A stretch of 64,000 bases of DNA from the human T2T-CHM13v2.0 reference genome, Homo sapiens, in assembly GCF_009914755.1 (NCBI RefSeq), contig NC_060927.1; one strand, 5' to 3'. Positions 57,942 through 64,000 of this stretch are shown here, piece after piece. The translations under genes were made by a program, and so were the position numbers. Every line of letters starts with the position of its first letter. Position 1 is the first letter of the stretch. Under the pieces are notes generated by a model. That model had not been told where the DNA came from. It searched no databases and saw only the letters and a list, made by a program, of their open reading frames with translations.

Positions 57942-59880
57942 TTAAGTATAAACCAGTCCAAGCCAGTGAGAGGAACACAGAGGAAAAAAGTAAACAGGCC
58001 CCTACCCCCTACTCCCAAAATAGTTCCCCTTTGAAAGTTCTAAGCGGTGAGTGCCTGGTACCGAGGGCTGCCCTGTTCCTTGGAGGGGTCAGCAAAGCTA
58101 TGCTAAACTGACAGGTTCAGTTTACAGCAGGCCAGAACTTTGTTTGGATATACTGGCCTTGTTCACCGCCAGCTTAACAACAGATGGCTAGAAAACTTTC
58201 ATTATGTTGCACAGGACTGAACTGCAAACAACCCAGAAAACTGTGAAAAGTTTAACTCCCTCTGAACCAATGTGCCAAACCAGGGCCTGCCCAGAGCCAG
58301 TGAACCAGCTTAAGGCCAAGGGGACTGTGGAAGTGATGGTTAAAATAACACTGCCCAAGTCAAGTCAAAGCACCTTTCCAGGCTCCAAAACGGCAGCGAC
58401 CCACCCAAATCTTTATTTAACTCTTCAAGGGCCAGGCCATATAAGGAGTTGCATCGACTATGCCTTCTTTACTTTTCCAAAATGTACTGTCAGACTTTCC
58501 CTCCCTTTGGAGAAAGAAAATCTTCCTTCAGACAGTTCCCAATCCCCAAGCTCCCGTTCTGCCTTTCCTTCTCCTGGAAGTTGGGAGCGCAGGACCAAAT
58601 TGTCTCACCCTAACACCCAGAGTTAAATATGATTTATCTAAATCTGTTTATAATTTAAATATTCATTAAGTAGATTCAATCACATGAACCCTAATATCTC
58701 CTAATGCTCTGAGACAGGTTATAAATGCACCTTTGAAGGTTTAATTCAATTGGCAATCTGAGAAGTCTTATCACTGGAAATGTGTTATTTTCATATTATT
58801 CAAGAAATGAACAAATGTGTTTTCCACAAATGTATTTTAGAAGCTACCCTTTCCTGTTATTGAAAGAAAATTGTGTTTATTACTCCTTTAGCATAGTGTA
58901 AACTCATAAACGTCAACAGATAGTACAAGGAAAACTGTCAACTAAATATTGTTTCCTTCATGAGCTGTTCTTCCAAGTCAATTACGCCTTTCAACTTCTG
59001 GGGCATTGTATGATAAACTGGCAGTAAAAATCATTCACATTAATACACCATGGTGCCTTGCCTGCAAAAGGTAATTAAAGAAGTAAATGACTCATAAGAA
59101 TAGACATATTAGCTGCAAAATGAAAGGCAACTGAGCTGCCACATAAAAATATGTACCATTAAGATACTGCATTTTCATATTCCTGTAATCAGCTTCAGTA
59201 GACTAATGCTTATTTAATCCAGTTCTGTGCTAAGTCCATCAACAACTGTTTTTTGCTGTTTTCTCCTTGACTGAACATTATGAGAGCAGGTTTAGAATAA
59301 ACACTGCAGTGAGATTTTTGCATACGCAATTGAAGAACAGGTTTTTACATTTTAAAATCTATTTTTCTTTCTCTGAGAAATACAACAAAAAAAAAAAGAT
59401 TACTGGTGGAAAAAAGTATATATGTATATGGCTATCTAGACATGTCCCTTTAAATGGCAGAACATTTCAGTGAAATATTTGTTTCCATATTCACTATTTC
59501 TGACCTGTACCACTATCAGCATAAGGATGTCATGCCTCCACTTGCCAGATCTCAGCTTCCTTTATGAAGCACTCCCTTTTGTTAATAATGTCTTCCATTA
59601 GCATTAGCAGGATGAGGGCAATTTATCCTTTGGCAGGGATGGAAAGAGAAGGCAAGATATGAGGAGGGGGTTAGTGTAGTGGGTGGTGGGAGAGTATCTC
59701 AGACACGCCTAGCGGCCTCTGAGTTCTTTTCCTTCCAGGGTGTTAGCTACCTGACTGGATAAACCTTCTCAAAGAGAAGTGAATTGACCCTCAAAATAAC
59801 TGCTCTATTTTCCAATCTCTGGCTTTCAAACTGACACTTTGCTCTCTTCTCCATATCCCTTTACATTTCAGCACATCCTT

Positions 59881-59946
59881 GCCAGCCCAGCCAAGGCACA
59901 GCAAAACATCCTCGCCAGCCCAGCCAAGGCACAGCAAAACATCCTC
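59881..59946 (+). repeat. Perfect 33-bp tandem duplication
   Basis: gccagcccagccaaggcacagcaaaacatcctc x2. Confidence 0.98.
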
Positions 59947-62679
59947 CATACGGTCTGAGATTTTTCACTTCACTTGCTCACTTCTCTGCTGCGGGAAGCT
60001 TAATCTTAACCAGTGAGATGGGTCCACCATTTGTACTATTAACATTTTGGGGAACATTAGATGCATGAGGTTTCCTGGAGGCTGGAGAAATGCCTGTTCT
60101 GATTGTGGAAATCAGGGCTCTTTGTTGATAACTGATGCAGCCTAAAGCTTTTGTGGCTCCAGTTTGGGAGTTTTAGCTTTCAAAGCTCATGCAGCTCCTC
60201 CGATGTCCAATGCCAGCAGTGAAAATCAGCCTAAGGTATCTGGTCTTCTATCATGTTTGTCAACAATTCGCCCACCTTCAATAACATCTGAATGCATCTG
60301 GATGGTGCCCACTAACCTACCAAAAAATCCAAAAGATAATTCTATTTATTTATTTATTTATTTATTATTATTTTTTTTTTTGGTGCAAGACCATGGGCTT
60401 TCAATAAAGGTAAAGTTCTAGATTTCTATACAAGTTGTGCCTTCTCCCCTTCCCTCCTCCTGTGAATACAGAAATCTCTTTGACTTTAAAACTGATGAGC
60501 ACCCACCAGCCAGGCCCTCAAGGACAGTGCAGGATGTGAGAACGGCCTTACAAGGACCCTCCAAGATATATTTATCTTTTCACAGTTCTTGGAACTGTGG
60601 AGAGCCTCTCAGATTTAGGCTGGATCTCTCCTTGTAATGTATTATTGCCTGAGTGTTTGAGCAGACACCACAAGGAACCACAACTAATGAGCTCTAGTCC
60701 TTTTTCTAATTAAGGAACAAAGGTTCCTGTGTGCGCAGAATGGTGACGCTGTCTGGAGAACACACGTGGAGGAAGAAGCGAATGCTTCTAATTGCCTCAA
60801 AATGGGATTTTTAATATTTAGGAACGTAATGGGATCGGGAAATAAGAACACTTCCAACATCCTTTATAAATAAGCCTTTACAAAATATTGTTAGCTGTTA
60901 ATAATACATCATTATCAAAAATGGAAAGTCATGAATACAGTGCATGTAACCTTTGTATTCACGTGAATTAACCTATATGTACGAATACAATGATACATGA
61001 ATTAGTTTTTAAAAATACATTAAAAAAAATAAAAGGCCCTCCTCTGAAAAAGAAAGGCGAGAAGGCAGCTCCTCTGAGCCTGATATTCCTCAGACCTTAG
61101 CAGATTAGGATTCAAACATGTAATTAAGAAAGATAACCCCAGTTTTTATAGTAATTAGGGGCTGTGGGAAATAGGATACTATCTCTCAAAAGTGATACAA
61201 ATATACCACACTTCTAAATAACCTGCAATGCTTGGAAAGTATACTCACTACCAAGGGCAAAGCTGCTATGCAGTGAGGGAACAGTAAATGACAGACTGGC
61301 GTTCAAGTCCATTAGCTGCTATGTGATAGGAGCACATTCACTGGCACGCGACCTGTGAAAAATCTTAGATCTCTTTAAATCTTTGAATTGGATTACTGCA
61401 TTAATTCTTAAGAACTGCAATCCTTCAACCAAGTCAAATTACCCTCATTAACAGTGGAAAAACTGCCTCTGCAATAAGTTAAAAAAAAAAAAGATATTTA
61501 TTACCTATAATCACTTACACATACTTCACCTAGAAATATGATGAACGGATGCCAACAACTCTGAAAACGGCATCCTGGTTTCGCATGTTAATTTGGGTTA
61601 AAATAAAAATACAAATGCAAGTATCTGCATGCTATTTAAAATTTGTTTCACATCTACAGGAAATTTTCTTTTATGATTACAATCCTGAGATAAGTAAATA
61701 GCTCCATTTTACAGGAGGGGAAATTGGGGCATACATAGAGATACGGAGCCAGTTGTCTAAGCTTTCCCGGGCTAATTGGGGTAACGCAGAATCTCCTGGT
61801 CCTCTGTTCTGGGCTCACACTGTCTGAATTAAATCAGAAATTCAGACTCATAATGGCACTGTAATACAATGCACTGACTTCTCTAAATCAAACTCAGTGA
61901 ATTAAAAGGGAGGCAAAATAAATGAGAAGATAGGAATGCAGCTTTAGGTATAGAAATGATAACCACAGTAAATACTACAACAGAAGCTGCCTCAATTCTT
62001 CCATCACCACATTTGCTATTAGTGTTTAACCTGCCTTGAACATTCATTGAATGTAGAGTGATTAAAAAAAAAAAAAGAAACGTTAATTGATCTACTCTGC
62101 CCTTGTTACTCCCTAAAATAGTCTCATCTGAAATGTGATGACAGCTTGACCGACTTTGAACAACTTTGGATACTTTATGGGAAATGAACTCTTTCAAGCC
62201 CCACTGACTTCTGTTCCTCGGCTCTATGGATGTCACTGCTTTGGTTCTATTACTTCCCAGCACAAGCCAGGGCAGGAGAGTCCTCATCCCAAGGAAGCCA
62301 ACCAAGTGGAGACAGGGCTGGGCACAGGCAAGCCAGTCTGCATTTACTGAAACAGACTCTTTCGCTATTATGTGTTAAGGAATGGGAAAAGGTGAACAGG
62401 TAGAAGTTGCTTTCCGGACTGGATATGAATCAATACTTCTAGGCAGCCACAATAAAATGCTAACTGGAGTTCATAATAAAACCCAGGGGCACTACAAGGT
62501 TCCTAAGTGCCTCTGAATTTAAAAAAAGACAAATTGTGTTCACGGTGGTTGTATGCAGAACGTGTTTATTTCAGTCTAAAGATTTTAAACAAAGTAGTCC
62601 TCACTTAATATATGATAATAAAAATCTGTTACATAGAATATCTTCTCCATTGATCCTAAAATCTACTGTAACTTTTTTT

Positions 62680-63031
62680 AAGGTTGAGTACTCCTTATCC
62701 AAAATGATTGGGATCAATGATTTCAGATTTTTTAGGATCTTGGAATATCTGCATACACATGGTAAGATATCTTAGAGATGGGACCCAAGTCTCAGCATGA
62801 CATCCATTTATGTTTCATATACACCTTATACACAAAGCCTGAAGACAATCTGATACAAGACTTTTGATAATTTGGGGCAAGAAACAAAGATTTGATCGCA
62901 TTTATGACTGAGACCCATCACATGAGGTCAGGTGTGGAATTTTTCGCTTGTGGTATCATGGTGGCACTCAAGAAGTCTCAGATTTTGAAGTACTTCTGGT
63001 TTTGGATTTTCCTCTTAGGGATTTCAACCTG
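62680..63031. mobile_element. Tigger4-like (TcMar-Tigger) non-autonomous element
   Basis: Termini aggttgagta...ccttatcc and gggatttcaacctg, internal gatgggacccaagtct...cacatgaggtcaggtgtggaatttt. Confidence 0.82.
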
Positions 63032-63119
63032 CAACTTCCAAAAGCTCTGTTGTTAAGATGAGCATTTCAATTCCACACCAGATTTGCAGTCATAGTTAAA
63101 ATAATATAGTCTAATAATT

Positions 63120-63290
63120 GTGAAAACAGCATTTATCAATCTCACTTTATGTCAGGCATTTGTATTCGCTATCCTTCCAATGACTTTTCAAGGTGGGAAT
63201 TATCATGCCTATTTTACAGGGAAGGAAAACAAAGCTCAGAGTGGTTGACTATCTTGCCCAATGTCACACAGCTTCTAAGTAGGTATCCAA
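63120..63290. mobile_element. MIR
   Basis: cctattttacagggaaggaaaac..agctcagagtggtt...cttgcccaatgtcacacagc. Confidence 0.8.
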
Positions 63291-63407
63291 ATACTGTGAC
63301 TGTCTGGAGGTGAAGCTTAAGGGAAAATCAGAGAGAGGAACTTTTCGAAAGAGGACTTTGAGAAAGGAGAGGCATCTGTCTTGGGATGTTAAAAAAATGT
63401 GTCAAGA

Positions 63408-63536
63408 AGCCAGGCATGGGGCAACCGTAGTCCTAGCTATTCAGGAGGCCAAGGTGGGAGGATCTCTTGAGCTCAGAAGTTTGAGGCCAGCACAGGCAAC
63501 ATAGTAAGACTTGGTCTCCAAGAAAAAAAAAAAAAA
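63408..63536 (+). mobile_element. FLAM-like Alu monomer
   Basis: Single arm plus A tail. Confidence 0.85.
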
Positions 63537-63557
63537 TTGCCAAGAAACTGTGATCCA

Positions 63558-63876
<319 letters not shown>

Positions 63877-64000
63877 TCAGACTGTCCATGACTTGAAAAA
63901 CTCATCACACGCCTCCTTTCCAGTGACACTGCATGTTTTCAAGGACGACACAAAAATCATTCTTCTTTGGCTCTACCATTTGTAGAGTCCCCTCCCCCAC

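Noticed and set aside
58103-58124. Short inverted repeat taaactga/tcagttta
   Set aside because: 8-bp arms are expected by chance.
58204-58626. 140-aa plus-strand ORF (and the 140-aa ORF at 61883-62305)
   Set aside because: No recognisable domain, splice structure or codon bias; within chance expectation for 64 kb.

Overview
Primate (very probably human) genomic DNA from the middle of the FOXP1 gene, which runs on the minus strand. The window is almost entirely intronic. It holds one canonical coding exon (35090-35191, 102 nt, [34 protein letters not shown], about residues 61-94, usually called exon 7). It also holds an alternative first exon with an internal promoter, whose 62-codon ORF (53058-53243, MFQCVFSS...LFIFS) splices in frame onto that exon. 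The rest is about two dozen Alus/Alu fragments, L1 and L2 remnants, MIRs, MaLR LTRs, hAT/Tigger DNA-transposon fossils and microsatellites, with repeat-poor, motif-dense blocks between them. Nearly all ORFs in the supplied track are spurious. I found no new multi-gene system. The most notable structures are a perfect 31-bp-stem hairpin (16010-16088), inverted Alus symmetrically bracketing exon 7, forkhead and FOX:ETS motifs suggesting autoregulation, a TAATTA-dense candidate enhancer (27.8-28.4 kb) and two co-oriented CTCF motifs. Repeat boundaries and subfamily calls were made by eye and are approximate. All regulatory calls are motif-based hypotheses.
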